Part shown: piece after piece, positions 38,692-51,363 of the stretch
Layout: each line of letters begins with the position of its first letter
Numbering within the stretch: position 1 is the stretch's first letter
Source: Octopus sinensis
Lineage: Eukaryota
Assembly (NCBI RefSeq): GCF_006345805.1
Contig: NC_043006.1
Location: forward strand, 24,552,001 to 24,616,000
Direction of reading: 5' to 3'
DNA length: 64,000 nucleotides
The notes under the pieces: model-generated
The model's database searches: none
Seen by the model: only the letters and a program-made list of their open reading frames with translations
Told to the model about the DNA's origin: nothing
Program-made: the position numbers and the translations under genes

Positions 38692-39085
38692 GGTGGCACA
38701 TAAGAAAACCATCTGAACGGGACCGTAGCCAGTACCGCATCGACTGGCCTCCGTGCTGTGGGCACGTAACAAACACCGTCCGAGCGTGGCCGTCTGCCAG
38801 CCTCGTCTGGCACCTGTGTCGGTGGCACATAAAAACAGCATCCAAGCGTGGCCGTCTGCCAGCCTCGTCTGGCACCTGTGTCGGTGGCACATAAAAACAC
38901 CATCCGAGCGTGGCCGTCTGCCAGCCTCGTCTGGCACCTGTGTCGGTGGCACATAAAAACACCATCCAAGCGTGGCCGTCTGCCAGCCTCGTATGGCACC
39001 TGTGTCGGTGGCACATAAAAACACCATCCGAGCGTGGCCGTTCGCCAGCCTCGTCTGGCACCTGTGTCGGTGGCACATAAAATCA
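38692..39085 (+). repeat. 62-bp tandem repeat in the RTE 3' UTR (about 6.5 units)
   Basis: ggtggcacat recurs at 38821, 38883, 38945, 39007 and 39069 (62-bp period), with diverged units at 38692 and about 38758. Confidence 0.95.
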
Positions 39086-39344
39086 CCCACTACACTCTCG
39101 GAGTGGTTGGCGTTAGGAAGGGCATCCAGCTGTAGAAACACTGCCAGATCTGACTGGCCTGGTGCAGCCTTCGGGCTCCCCAGACCCCAGTTGAACCGTC
39201 CAACCCATGCTAGCATGGAAAGCGGACGTTAAACGATGATGATGATTTTTTCCCTTTCAAATAACGGAGTCTTATTTTTTGCAATTTTTAAAAAAAATTT
39301 TAACACAACACTAGGCCTAGAGAAATTTATACCTTTTTATAAAT

Positions 39345-39600
39345 ACCAAATAGGTACAGGCATGGCTATGAGATTAAGAAGTTTAATTCTCAACAATGTG
39401 GTTTTGGATTCAGTCTCAAAGTGTGGCACCTTGGGTAAGTGTCAAAATCCTCATGAGTGGCTTGGTAAACAGGAAATGAAAGATGATATTTGTATGTGTG
39501 TATGAGTCACATTGTCTCGTCATTGCATAATAGTTGTAAATAAGTGTCACCATCATACAAGTGGAGACATTTGTTTCTGATGCTAAATGCCAAAGTACAA
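39345..39600 (+). mobile_element. SINE fragment (family of 1850)
   Basis: aggcatggctatgagattaagaagttt...ggcaccttgggtaagtgtc...gatagttgtaaataagtgtcaccatcatacaag-like body. Confidence 0.6.
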
Positions 39601-40685
39601 GATTTTCGATTTCCTTCAACTAGATTTCTCTTTCCTACACACAGAGAAAAAAGATCTGTATTTCCATCATTGCTCCTTTTATTAGTTTTGAACTAATAGG
39701 TTCAGAGTTTAGATTATTTTGGAAAAAATTTAACCGAATTAATTAAAATTCTTCTTCCAGTATTAAGTGTACACAGTGATACGAGTTAATCATTTAACTA
39801 GTTAATTTGCTAAAAATTATTACATGCTATTGCAATGCACAAAACACTGTTTGTGCTATATATCCCTAACCCTATTTGAATAATAACCTTTCTACATAAA
39901 TTTCACCCATGCATGCAAGTGACGTAACAAAACTAACACTATTGGAATTTATTTTAAATTACAGAATTAACAGCTTTCAGTTTCAAGTTAACTCGTTCAC
40001 AACTTCAAGTACTTAGAGAAGAAAAATATTTCATAGTAAACCTTTAAAAATGAAAAACAATTCCATAGCATTTTTAAACAGAAAAGCTGGGCGGAGGAGT
40101 TCAACAAAAAAATAATAAAAACTATAATCATAATAATTTCATATTTGAGCACAAAACTAAGGAAATTCTCACAGAGAACATGTCCAATTAAATTGATAGC
40201 AAATTCTGACCCGTAATTATTTAAAAACGTCTGAAAGATGAACCGCAAAGAAAAGGCTTCACAGGATTTAAATTCATAAACAAAGGGACATAACTAAGTA
40301 CTTACTATAAGTGACTACTTCTCCGACCTATCAAATTAGTATCTACTATAATAATACTCGTGTATTTCCCCGTCACAACATATGAAAGAGAAAGGAAGGG
40401 GTAATAGATGAATAAGGAAGGGAGGGGTGATGTCAAACTTGGTAGTGGAATGATGGAAGTTCTATGGTGAAAAAAACAATCAAACAGCGTTTCAACTGCG
40501 TGAGTATATGTGTGTGTATGTAAGAGGGAGTCATGTGAATATTTGTGTGTGTGTGTGTGCACGCGTGCGCGCAATGGAAGAGGGATGGTGAACGTTCAAG
40601 ACTGAAAAGAAAAATCAGAGTTTCAACTCCATGTGAGTATGTGTGTGGGTGTACAAGGAAAGTATGTCAATGTTTGTATGTGTGA

Positions 40686-41295
40686 ACCAGCATTCTTTCA
40701 GTAACAAACGATGATTGACGTCACATCTCAAAAGACAGCCACAAGTGTATTAAGTTGATTTACTATCCATATTCTATCTGTTTTGTTAAAAATAATTATT
40801 ACAATCACACACACCTACACAAACATATACAAACTCATTAGTGAAAATAATTATTTCAAGATAATTATTTCAAGAATACAAAACGACTGCAGTTGAAAAG
40901 TATATTATAAATACACATCTTAATTTAACAGTTTATACATGTCCTTCATTTATTTATATTAAGAAATTTTATCCAGTGTTCTTTCAATAACTATTCATAA
41001 ACTAACCAGCATTCTTTCAGTAATTAATGATGATCTATGTCACATCTCAAAATACAACCACTAGATAACATTGGGAAGTGTATTAATTTGAATTACCATC
41101 CATTTTCTATTTGTTGTGTTACAAATAATTATGACAATCACACACATCTACACAAACATATACAAACTCATTAGAGAAAATAATTATTGCCTGAGTGTTT
41201 CAAGAATACAAAACGACTGCAATTGAAAAGTATATTATAAATACAGATTTAACAGTTCATACATGTGCCTAATATATTTATATTAAGAAATGTAT
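40686..41295 (+). repeat. Diverged tandem duplication, period about 318 bp
   Basis: aaccagcattctttcagtaa...cacacacctacacaaacatatacaaactcattag...gaatacaaaacgactgca.ttgaaaagtatattataaatac occurs at about 40686 and about 41004. Confidence 0.9.
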
Positions 41296-41879
41296 GTAAT
41301 AAATTTTGAATAGGGAGTTTTTACAACATCAACTATAAATCAAGGACTGCTTTTTATGGCTTTAAATCATATGAATTTAGGTTGGTTTCAGTAATGGAGA
41401 ACACAACAGAAAGGAAACATCACTTCGCAAAAGTTGGTATTTACTTGCCAGCTTCCATATTTAGTTATGGCCAGCTTTATGTCGTACAAGAAGGAAGGAA
41501 AACTTTAAAATTCTTTTGAAGGAAACAGGCAGTCAAGGGATGTTAGTTGCGAATAAATTTTTCTCCAAAAATTTGGTAATAAAAGAATTATTAAACTAAA
41601 AACTTGGTTTGGTACCTTATTTATATATAAAATACTACAATTAGCTGTCATTTTTGATGGCACGGGGCCAGCTAGATTGAATAATTATTGGGCACAAGAT
41701 GGTCCCTACCAGACAGTTGGAACTACCTTAGCAGGTTTAGGTTTTAGGTTTTACACTCCCTCTTATAAGTATTTCTGTACAATTTCAGCATTCATCTATA
41801 ATGAATGCTATTTCAATCACTCACTACCACTACTGACCATGATGTTTTCAAAATTGATGCTTGATGCCTTAATAAGTCT

Positions 41880-43400
41880 AAGACTCCTTACTTCATTTGG
41901 AGGAAAATCGCTACTAGTCTGAAGGGTCCACCTTCACTGATAATCACATGCAGGACCAACTTACCAAGAAGATTGTCTCCACCTTGAGATCCAAATCTTT
42001 CCAAAACAGCAATGTCACTCTCCCCAAACTGGGCTGATCAAAAGATGCATATATCTCATTGTTTGTTAAAAAGAAACACAACTGTGTGCAGGAAATCTTT
42101 CATCTTTTATTTGTGTTTTATCAATAAGTTGTTTTATGAATTCCAGCTCCTTCATGTAGCTTTTTCACAACAGTGAAATTGTGGAAGAGGGGTTGTTGTG
42201 TTGGCAGTTAGTGTTGCTTTTGCAGTTGTGGTTTCTTTTGATGATTTCACTGTGGTGGTGGTTTGTGTTTTGTGTGCTTTTCAGTTATTTTTGTTGTTGT
42301 GTTCCTGTTAGTGCTCTTTCTTTTGTTGTTTTCACTGTGGTTGTAATTTTTTATGAGCTTTCCTGTGATTGGCTATATTTTTATGACTGTGGGTTTTGTT
42401 ATTGTTGCTTGTGGTGGTGGTTGTGGTGGTAAGTGAATGGTTGGTGGCTTGTCTCATCAAACCTTCTGGCCATCAACATTGCACAACTGTTTTCTTCTCC
42501 TTCTTTGCCTTGCCATGTTGTTTACCATACAGTTCATTTGATAATTATTTGATAGAGTATCAAAGAGACAGAAGTCAGTGATGAAGAAGGGCTACAGTAC
42601 CGTTCATGTATATTTCTGTGTTGAGATGCATGGTTTGTGTTTGTATATTTTTGTATTGTAGTCACTGGGGTAGTCATTAATATCTTTTTGATCAGAGGTG
42701 AACACTAGTGTGACTGTCACTGATGAACTCAAATCATTATTACATTTATTGTTGTTGTTACTATCACTGCTTCCACTTTCAGTTTACAGAAGCTGGCAAT
42801 AGGTGGGGAGTGCATTTATTCTTCTCCTTCACCTAATGGCAGAAAATCCCTTAAGTGGTTCATGTTCCTACAGCTAAAGCATTTGGACCTCCTGCCTTCC
42901 ATATTTGAAGCCAATAATGTCAACCACACTCTCCATGTCTTGTCGGATAATCTCAAGCGTTTTCCTCCGGTCACACCACATTGAAGGTGGATCTGGAGTT
43001 CACTGCTCCATCAAATTCTCCATGGTTGTTCTAGGTCCAATCTCAGAGGCACCTCTAGTAGGCAGCATGATCCTGGATTTTTTCTAGTTTCATTTGGTAA
43101 TTTTGTTGTTTGTGCTCCCTGTTGTTAGTGTGGTTGCTGATTTTGTCATTTTTGTACCTGTTTTTGATAAGCTGTTTGTTATTGTGTTTTGGGATTTTCA
43201 TGCATTAGTTTGCCCTGGTATGGAATATTGCTGTAGTTGGAGCTTTTTGGAGATACACTTAAGTGATATTTCCTCTCTTCTCTGTTAGAAATGATATTAG
43301 ATCTGGACTCCACTTTATTCCTTTTATACTTCTTCCAATGCTGGCCTTTCAATTACCTAAGGGATTCTTTCAATCCCTGTTTTATAAGAGGATGTGCAGC
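41880..43400 (-). mobile_element. Possible Tx1/L1-like LINE remnant (ORF1 knuckle plus endonuclease start)
   Basis: EGRRSKCFSCRNMNHL at about 42900; NEIYASFDQPSLGRVTLLFWKDLDLKVETIF..GGPFRLVAI at about 42050-41920. Confidence 0.5.
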
Positions 43401-43501
43401 TACTAGTGCCAATCCTACCACAGTGCTTATTTTTATCATTTTTTTCAGCTACAAAATTCGTTTAACATCAGCTTTCTAATCTTAATAAACCAATTACTTA
43501 C

Positions 43502-43592
43502 CGAATATTTCATGAGAATTGAACTGAATGTAATTTTCAGGCGAACAATTATTCGAACTTACCTGAAACAAACAGGAATGAGAGAAATTAAG
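43502..43592 (-). promoter_or_regulatory. Candidate recursive splice site with 61-nt RS-exon
   Basis: Minus strand: CTTAAT branch-like, tttctctcattcctgtttgttt, CAG|GTAAGT (43565-43557), 61-nt segment ending TTCG, then a second GTAAGT (43501-43496). Confidence 0.7.
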
Positions 43593-45004
43593 CAAATGGT
43601 CTCATATATTTCAACATTTAAACATTAAAAAAGAACAGGAAATATTTTGTCTGAATACAAGAAACAAATTTTAATTTTAATTTTAAAAAATGTTTTTATA
43701 AAATTCAAAGATTTAAAGAAAATATTTTTTTTAGATATCTGTTGAAAGAACAAAATGTATCACTTGACAGTCATGGTTGTGTGGTTAAGGAATTCCCTTT
43801 ATAACCACATGTTCAATCTCTCTTTTAGTATTGTCTCAGGTTCACCATTGCTTTGTGAGAGAATTTGACAGACAGAAAACATACTAAGCCCATATTGTGT
43901 GTGTGTTGGGGGGGGGGGGGGTTGTGTGTAAATGTAAGTACATGCCTGTGATTGTTTGTTTGTAAATGTGCATGAATGTTGAGATTTGACATTTGAGTGA
44001 AGTGGTGTTGATGCTGATATTTCTAGTTGACATTATGACTGCTTGGTCTGCACTTGTGAAGACCTGTTGAATATGAAAATCCCTTACTTGAAAAACAGGT
44101 GAGAAAAACAAGAAGAGCATTTAGCTGTAAAATCTTGCCTCAAAATCAATTTACCATCCAAGCCATATTAGCAAGAAAAAAATGGGCATTAAACAAATAA
44201 TGAACACCTTTATTTAGATCACTTTCATTTTGATTTATTGCCTCACACAATTTCTGTTTAAAATAATTATATAACATTATTTTCTTTATACTTCACCATT
44301 TTCATTATGTTTTTTTATTTTATTCTATCTTATTTCTTTTTTCTTTCAGCAGCTACATCTTTTATTACCTCGAATCCTTTATCTTTTGCAAGGAATCTGT
44401 CTTCTATCTTAAGCCTGGCAGTTAAGCCTTAGAGAAGAGTAAAGAAATATCATGCAACAGCTCCATCATTATGAATAAAGTTATTTCACAAGCTGGTGGG
44501 AAATAATCATCAACAAATTGAATCATTGAGTCACCGTCAGACATGATGTGCTGCCTATGATTTACATTAGATCACAAAACAACTATTAGCATCTATCAAT
44601 CCATCATATCATTATCCTCATCATTTAACAGGAACCAGCAGTTAGAAGACTATCCTAAGCAACTGTGTCTGTTTTGGTATAGTATTTTACAACTGGATAC
44701 CCTTCCTAACACCAACCACCCTACAGAGTGGACCGAGTGCTTTTTATGTGACACCAACACAGGCAAAGTCAGTTTCACTATGTTTTTTACAGCTGGATGT
44801 TCTTCCAAATGCCAACCACTTCCCAGTGTGAACTGGATGCTCTTTACAAGACACCAGCACTGACAAGGTCACCAAGTAACTCGCAAGACAAGGAATTTTG
44901 AGAGGGGAGGAGGCATTAGAGGAGGTGATCTTGTCAGGCAATGAAAGGTTGGAATGTGACAAATAGACAGAGAAGCAGAAACAAATGTCTTACTATAGAG
45001 GAGG

Positions 45005-45830
45005 TACATGGTTCATGACCTGACATTTTGTCCAATGTCACTTTGTCCAATGTCACTTCATCTGATGATTTTTTTGTCCAATGACTTTTGTCCAATTTTA
45101 AATAAACTCTTTAGAAAACAAGGTGAACATTAAAACCAAATAATCATTGAGAATTTTAGTGATAGGTGTCAAGTAAAATACTGTGGGAAAATGTATTTTT
45201 AAAAAAGTCCATTTAAAAAAGTAATAAGACATAACTAATGATCTATTAGAATCACTTAAAACTGATGCAAATTATATGCCATACACTTAAAAAAAAATCA
45301 ACTTTTCTCATTGACCTATATTCAATGACCAATCTTTTGAGGGTTTTGGTTATTCTTCGATATCGTGTACATGAGTTTGACAGATCTTGAAGAATTTGAG
45401 TCATTTTACCTTGAATGAACCTTTCCTCTTCCTTCAGAGTTTTGATTAATTTTCAAATATTCAAATGTGCTCCACCCACTGAACGTTTTATCGCTAAATG
45501 AAACCCTTCCACAGCATTATTTGTTCTGGGAAGATTTTGAAGAATACGTTGATAAACATTCCAGAATTCAGAGTCTTTATTGTATTTTTCTTTGAGGCCT
45601 AAATCTGTAATTTTTTGAAATACCGATTGGCTAAAATGAAACAAATATGCCACGGTAGATGAATTAGGGAATGATGAATTAAATGCCTTGTGAACTGTAA
45701 CTTTGAAATCTGCCATGAGATCAAGTGGATACGCATTAGGTTGCATAATTTTCAATTTTCTTTTGTTTTTGGCCAATACTATGAACTTTGTCATTTCATG
45801 ATGGGTAAATTAAAAATGTGTGCACTAAAT
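45005..45830 (-). mobile_element. Mutator (MULE) transposon remnant with TIR
   Basis: P.DLMADF..AFNSSFP..FHFSQSVFQKI..LGLK..WNVY.R..LPRTNNAVEGFH; repeated ttgtccaatg motifs at 45025-45095. Confidence 0.8.
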
Positions 45831-46199
45831 TTGCAGCACTCTCTATACACGGCACCATGCTTAAGAGAGAGAAGAAGAAAAAAGAGAAAGTAAAACTGTT
45901 TACAGCAAAGGAAAAAGAACAATAATAACGATCCTATAACGAAGCTTGTTATAATTCTGTAAATATATCATTAGAGATATTTCAGGGCAAGGGAAGAGGG
46001 AATGAAGGCGGGAGAGAGAGAGAGAGAGAGAGAAGTAACAAGAAAGAGGGCAGAAACAGGTGTGCTGCTGTAGAGAAGATACATGGTTACCCAATCAGTG
46101 GGGTGGGGAAAGAGTGCAAGAGAGAAATGGTGGTGGAGTGCCTCACAAGGAACAGGGATCAGAGCATAGATGGGATGGTAGAGTAAGGAAGAGAGAAAT

Positions 46200-46990
46200 A
46201 AATATGGGACAAGAGATAAATATGGCAAGTGCCAGGGTATACCCTCAAGGTATAGAGGTCATAATGTATGTGGCCAGGTGTTGCCAAGACGGCATAAGTA
46301 GAGAGTGGGGGTGGGGGTTGCAGTGATTGGTGAGAACCTGAGTATAAAGAGTGAGTTGAGAAAGCAGTGATACAGTGGGACACAACAGTTCTAGCATTCA
46401 GTTTCACTGACATGGTCGAGTCTTCTCTAGAACCACACATCACCAGACATCCCTGTCCATTGTCATTTCCACCATAAGCCATAACATCCTGAGATTGATC
46501 TTCCCCACTTCATCCCATGTTTTCCTGGGTCTCCCCCTTCCACAAATACAATCCACTTTCAATAACCAGCACTTCTTTATACAGCTGTTTTCATTCATAC
46601 ACATCACATGTCCAAACAAATGTAGTATTCTCTCTTGCAGACCAGGTTTAATTCCTCTTATGCCCATCTTTACTCTCAACACAGTTGTGCTTTATTGTTC
46701 ATGCACACTGATGTTGCACATCTAATGGAGAATACATCATTCATCTCTAGTCTATGCATGTCCTCTGCATTCAGAGCCCATGTCTCACTACCATGTAGTA
46801 TAACCATTTGTACACAAGCATCATACAATCTACCTTTCCCTTTGAGAGTGAGTCCTTTTGTTGCCAACAGAGGTAGTAATTCTCTGAATTTCCTCCATCC
46901 TATTCTTACTCTAGAAACAATACTTTCAGAGCATTAACCACCATTGCTAATTTGGTCACCTAAGTAGCAGAAACTATCTACTATCTCAAG
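46200..46990 (-). mobile_element. RTE LINE 3' fragment
   Basis: YDACVQMVILHGSETWALNAEDMHRLE; CGRGRPRKTWDEV. Confidence 0.85.
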
Positions 46991-47545
46991 AGAGCTTCCT
47001 GGGTATTTGAGAAAGTTCTCTAACAAAATTTGGAAAAATTTTTTATCATGTGTGTGTGTGTAAGTAAGACAAAACATTTACTAACAGAAGAGTATGCTAT
47101 TAAAATAAATTATCTTTTACATACTTTTTTAAAAATCACTGTTGCCTTAATGACAAACACACACACACACTAAGCATAAGTAAAATTCTTTTAGAGAGAG
47201 TATGGTAAAAATGTATAGAGAGGGGGGACGTTTACCAAGAGCAAAGTGAAATGTCACAGATTTTGAAATTTTAAAATTAAGTTAAAATTTTTAATTTGGT
47301 ATATTGATGTACTTTTTCAAGCTGAATCTGAGTTTGGGATTCCAGTAAAATTTTAGAAAAATGTTACACGGGTTTAAAGTTTGATCATTTTTCCCCAATC
47401 AGAAAACAGGATTTGTGCATAACAGCAGTCATAAAATTAAAGTAAGTATAAAAGAAAAGATTTTAAACAAAATGAAAACAATGTGTGAAAGTTAATGCAA
47501 AGAGAGTGTGAGTAAGAGTGTGGTAAATATATATAGAAAGATAGA

Positions 47546-47773
47546 TTAAACCTTTAGTGTTCACATTAATCTATCGAATGCAATGCATATGTATTCATAC
47601 TGTTTTGAATTAACCATGCATTATCTCGTAGTTTTGGAATTTCGATGGTGTGAAAGTTTATTTTTCGAATTACATTGTACAATAAGCGTAAGAGGCTGGA
47701 TCTAGCCAATTTAAACACGAAACTGGTAGAATATATAGGCCAGATAAGGCTAGTTTAAATGCTAAAGGATTAA
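47546..47773. mobile_element. piggyBac-type MITE flanked by TTAA
   Basis: TTAA 47546-49, acctttagtgttca ... taaatgctaaagga, TTAA 47770-73. Confidence 0.7.
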
Positions 47774-48539
47774 TGGTGATAGACAGAAAGTGGGAGAGTT
47801 GTTGATTGAAAAGATAAGTTATTTCTTGTAGCAAATTATATTTTTTCATTATTTACGGACAACATTGGCTTTAGGATGCAGATATGTATTCTTTATGTTT
47901 ATTTTTCTATTTATTTATGTATTATTTACTAATATCTACTGTCATAAGCTAATTATTTAAATTGACCTTTCAATATATAACTTCCTAAATCTCACTCTCT
48001 CAGCCTTCGTTTCTTCTTAATTCTTCATGTAATTTTCTGAATGGAATATCTCCTTCCCCCCTATGTTCTCAAGTTGGCTACATATTTTTGTACCATCTCT
48101 CTAAATTTAACCTTTGCTTGTTCGCCCACCCATTCCCACACCCACCACCAATGCCAGATCTCTCTCTTCTCCCACCACCAACAACACCGGATATCTCTCT
48201 TCTCTCACCAGAAACCCTCTCCCTCATTGGTGGTATCTTCTGTCATACCTGCAATCTCTTCTCTCTCTCTCTCTCTCTCTCTCTGCCGAGACAAATGCAA
48301 CTAATTTAGCTGCCCACCTACTTAATCTAACATTGGCATATTGACATTCATAATCTCCTTTATCTATCTTTATTGATTTACTTACTTATATCTGCAACAC
48401 CAGTAATGCTTAAATTTATGATTTTACGATGTCCATAATGCTTATACTTACAATGCCGCTAACATCTACCTGTACCACCAGTAGGGGCAACAATCTTAAA
48501 ACGCTTGAATGTTTGAATGATGACAGGTCAAAAGTGAGA

Positions 48540-50080
48540 ACAGGCATAGCATGTTTATCAAAGGTATAAGTAGAAATTCCATAAGATGTACCCAGTGTAA
48601 GCTATGGACGCATATGAAGTGCAGCAACATCAAAGGAAGGTTAACTGAGAAGATAGCGTTTGTGTGCGGCCGATGCAAAGGGGCAATAAACACTGCAGAT
48701 GCTCAGAAAACAGATTCCATCACATACCAGGGGGAGAAACTAGAAGTAGTTGATAGCTTCCACTACCTAGGTGACCAAGTCTGTAGCGGAGGTAGATGCT
48801 CAGAGAGCGTTGCCACTAGAATAAGAAAGCTCCTACTTCTTCTGGTGTCAAAAGGGCAGAGTGAAAGGTAGAATGTATGATGTATTTGTGTGAACTGCCA
48901 TGTTACACAGCAGTGAAACATGGGCTGTGACTGCTGAAGACATGCGTAGGCTTGAAAGAAATGAAGATAGTATGATCTGCAGAATGTGTAATGTCAGTGT
49001 GCACATGTGACAGAGTGTAAGCACCCTGAAAGAAATGTTGGACACAAGAAGCATCAGATGTGGTGTGCAAGAGAGACAACTGTGCTGGTATGGTCATTTG
49101 CTATGTATGGATGAGGAGACAGTGAAGAAGTGTCACTCCTTAACAGTAGAAGGAACCTGTGAAAGAGGTAGACCCAGGAAGACATGGGATGAGGTGGTGA
49201 AGCATGACCCTTGAACATTGGGTTTCACAGAGACAATGACAAAAGACTGAGAGCTCTGGAGATATAGTGTGATTGAGAAGACCCAGCAAGGAAAGTGAGA
49301 TCACAGCTGTAGCCTACATCAGTGTCGCATAACCAGCCCATTAAAAAAAAGTACCTTTGAATCATTGGGTGACATGCCATGCTTGAGGAGGCCTATTGAG
49401 TCAAGTAAATCAAAATCAAATCAAATCACAATCAGTTCTATATTTAAGAGATGAGGATTTATGTACATTATTTATATTTGACAGATATTTGTCCTCATCT
49501 TGCTTGTTGTTAACACGTTTCGGCTGATATACCCTCCAGCCTCATCAGGTGTCTTGGGTGAAATTTTGAACCTGGGTTCTCATTCCTAAAGTTAACAACA
49601 AACAAGATGAGGACAAATATCCATCAAATGTAAATAATGTAAATCAAATCAAATGGAAATTGTAGCTGTGGCCGATACCGGTGCCGCCTGACTGGCTCCT
49701 GTGCTGGTGGTACACAATAAGCACCATTCATGCATGTATCATTGCCAACGCCACCTGACTGGCTCCCCATGCCAGTGGCACATAAAAAGCACTATCCAAA
49801 AGTGGTCACTACCAGCCCCCCCCCCTCCAGCCCCGACTGGCTTCTGTGCTAGTGGCATGTAAAAGCACCATCCAAACATGGCCGATGCCAGTGCTGCCTC
49901 ACTGGCTCTCGTGCTGGTGGCACGTAAAAAGCACCCACTAAACTATCAGAGTGGTTGGCATTAGGAAGGGCATCCAGCTGTAGAAACATTGCCAGATCAG
50001 ATTGGGGCCTGATGCAGCCTGTCTTGCAAGTCCCCAGTCAAACCGTTCAACTCATGCTAGCATAGAAAATGGATGCACCA
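48540..50080 (+). mobile_element. 5'-truncated RTE LINE (PHD region to 3' tail), with an insertion in its 3' UTR
   Basis: SIRCTQCKLWTHMKC..CGRC; YLGDQV; about 4 hairpin units at 49670-49930; standard RTE tail. Confidence 0.85.
49432..49644 (-). mobile_element. Short hammerhead-bearing (PLE pLTR-like) insertion with 54-bp inverted duplication
   Basis: Arms 49461-49514 and 49591-49644; minus strand gacac-CTGATGA-ggctg-gagggtatat-cagcc-GAAA-cgt at 49553-49515. Confidence 0.75.
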
Positions 50081-50349
50081 TTGAGGATGCACCATTTCTG
50101 AACCTTTTTGAGCTAAACGCACATACATAACCACATACACTCACATTGATATATGTACTACACACACACACAGCTACATAGCATGCTGTTAAGTGTCATT
50201 TCTTAAGTATGTGACACAATGGTTTCCAATTCTACTGAGCATATACACTATCAAGTTTTTGTTTTGAAGAAGGTATGGCTATAAAGTGACTTGTCCCCAC
50301 ATCCCATTTCCCACTGGAAAATTGTATTATATATATATTTTAAACAATA

Positions 50350-51363
50350 CCTATAAAGCTGAAATGTGAAAAATTTGTCTCATTTGGGGATTGGAACAGT
50401 TTAAGGGGCACTAAATGGGGTCGGATTGGCTCAAAAATTTACAGGGACATGTAAAAAGAGGCGAGGAAGTGAGTGGACAAGGTTAGAAACCCCTATCTCA
50501 AAAGCTGTGGTTACTAGGGCAATAAAACCCACACTTTAACAAGTGTTTCGCATATCACCCTATCTTCCTCCATCTCTCTCTTTCCTTCCTTCCCTCCAAC
50601 TTCTCTCAATAACGACGTTTGACAGCTTTATCTCTCTGTCACTCTTTCTTCCACCACCTCTCTCACTGTTCGTCTGTCTATATCTATAGAGAGAAAGTGG
50701 TGACAGCCGCAAAAGTTTAAATATTCCCGCTAATCTTAATATATTATCTTCATCAACCCCTAGACATTAGTGACGGTAATCAATATCTATAAAGCTGAAA
50801 TGCGAAAAAGTTGTTTGATTTCTTGGTTATTTGTCTCATTTTGGGATGGGAACAGTTTAAGGGGCGGTTTCTCATTTTTACGTATTTTTGCCTTTTATTT
50901 TTTATTGTTTACAATCTTCATTTTTTTCTGAAAGAAATTTACAGCTGCATGTAGCCCGTGTTTAGAGCTTTCATTTGCATGGTCAATCGCAGAAAAATTC
51001 CCAAAATAAGTACTAAATTTAACAAAGAAATTCCTTTTCTCCTTATTTTTAATCGCTCAAATAGTGGCACGGACAAAAGGCAAGAGTGCTTTCCGTTGTC
51101 ACTGTCTGATATTTATGATTGAGCTTTCAAAATATTTTCTTTCTCAACTTACTCAAGATCTTTTGTTTTTTATAAATGGGAGAGAGATAGACAGAGAAGG
51201 ATGGAGAGTAAGAGAAAGTGAGGGAGAGTCCAAGAGAAAAGAAGAGTAAGAGAGTGGGAAAGTGAGAGAGAAACAAAATGGGAGAATGTGGCGATAAGAA
51301 ACAGAAAGGAAGCAACAGAAAGTAACCTCAACCATGCGTAGAGTGGGTCACCTTAAGCTAGTT
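50350..51363 (+). mobile_element. Non-autonomous Helitron-like element (two related 5' heads)
   Basis: ctataaagctgaaatg...tttgtctcatttggggat.ggaacagtttaagggg at about 50350 and about 50785; 3' ...gggtcaccttaagctagt. Confidence 0.45.

Larger units (their letters stand above)
35433..39246 (+). mobile_element. Nearly intact RTE-clade LINE with tandem-repeat 3' UTR and (GAT)n tail
   Basis: Complete EN-RT-C-terminal ORF; 3' UTR from 38511; tail ...gctagcatggaaagcggacgttaaacgatgatgatga. Confidence 0.95.

Noticed and set aside
38692-39085. 62-bp repeats as a CRISPR-like array
   Set aside because: Head-to-tail tandem units with no unique spacers, no cas genes, eukaryotic LINE 3' UTR.
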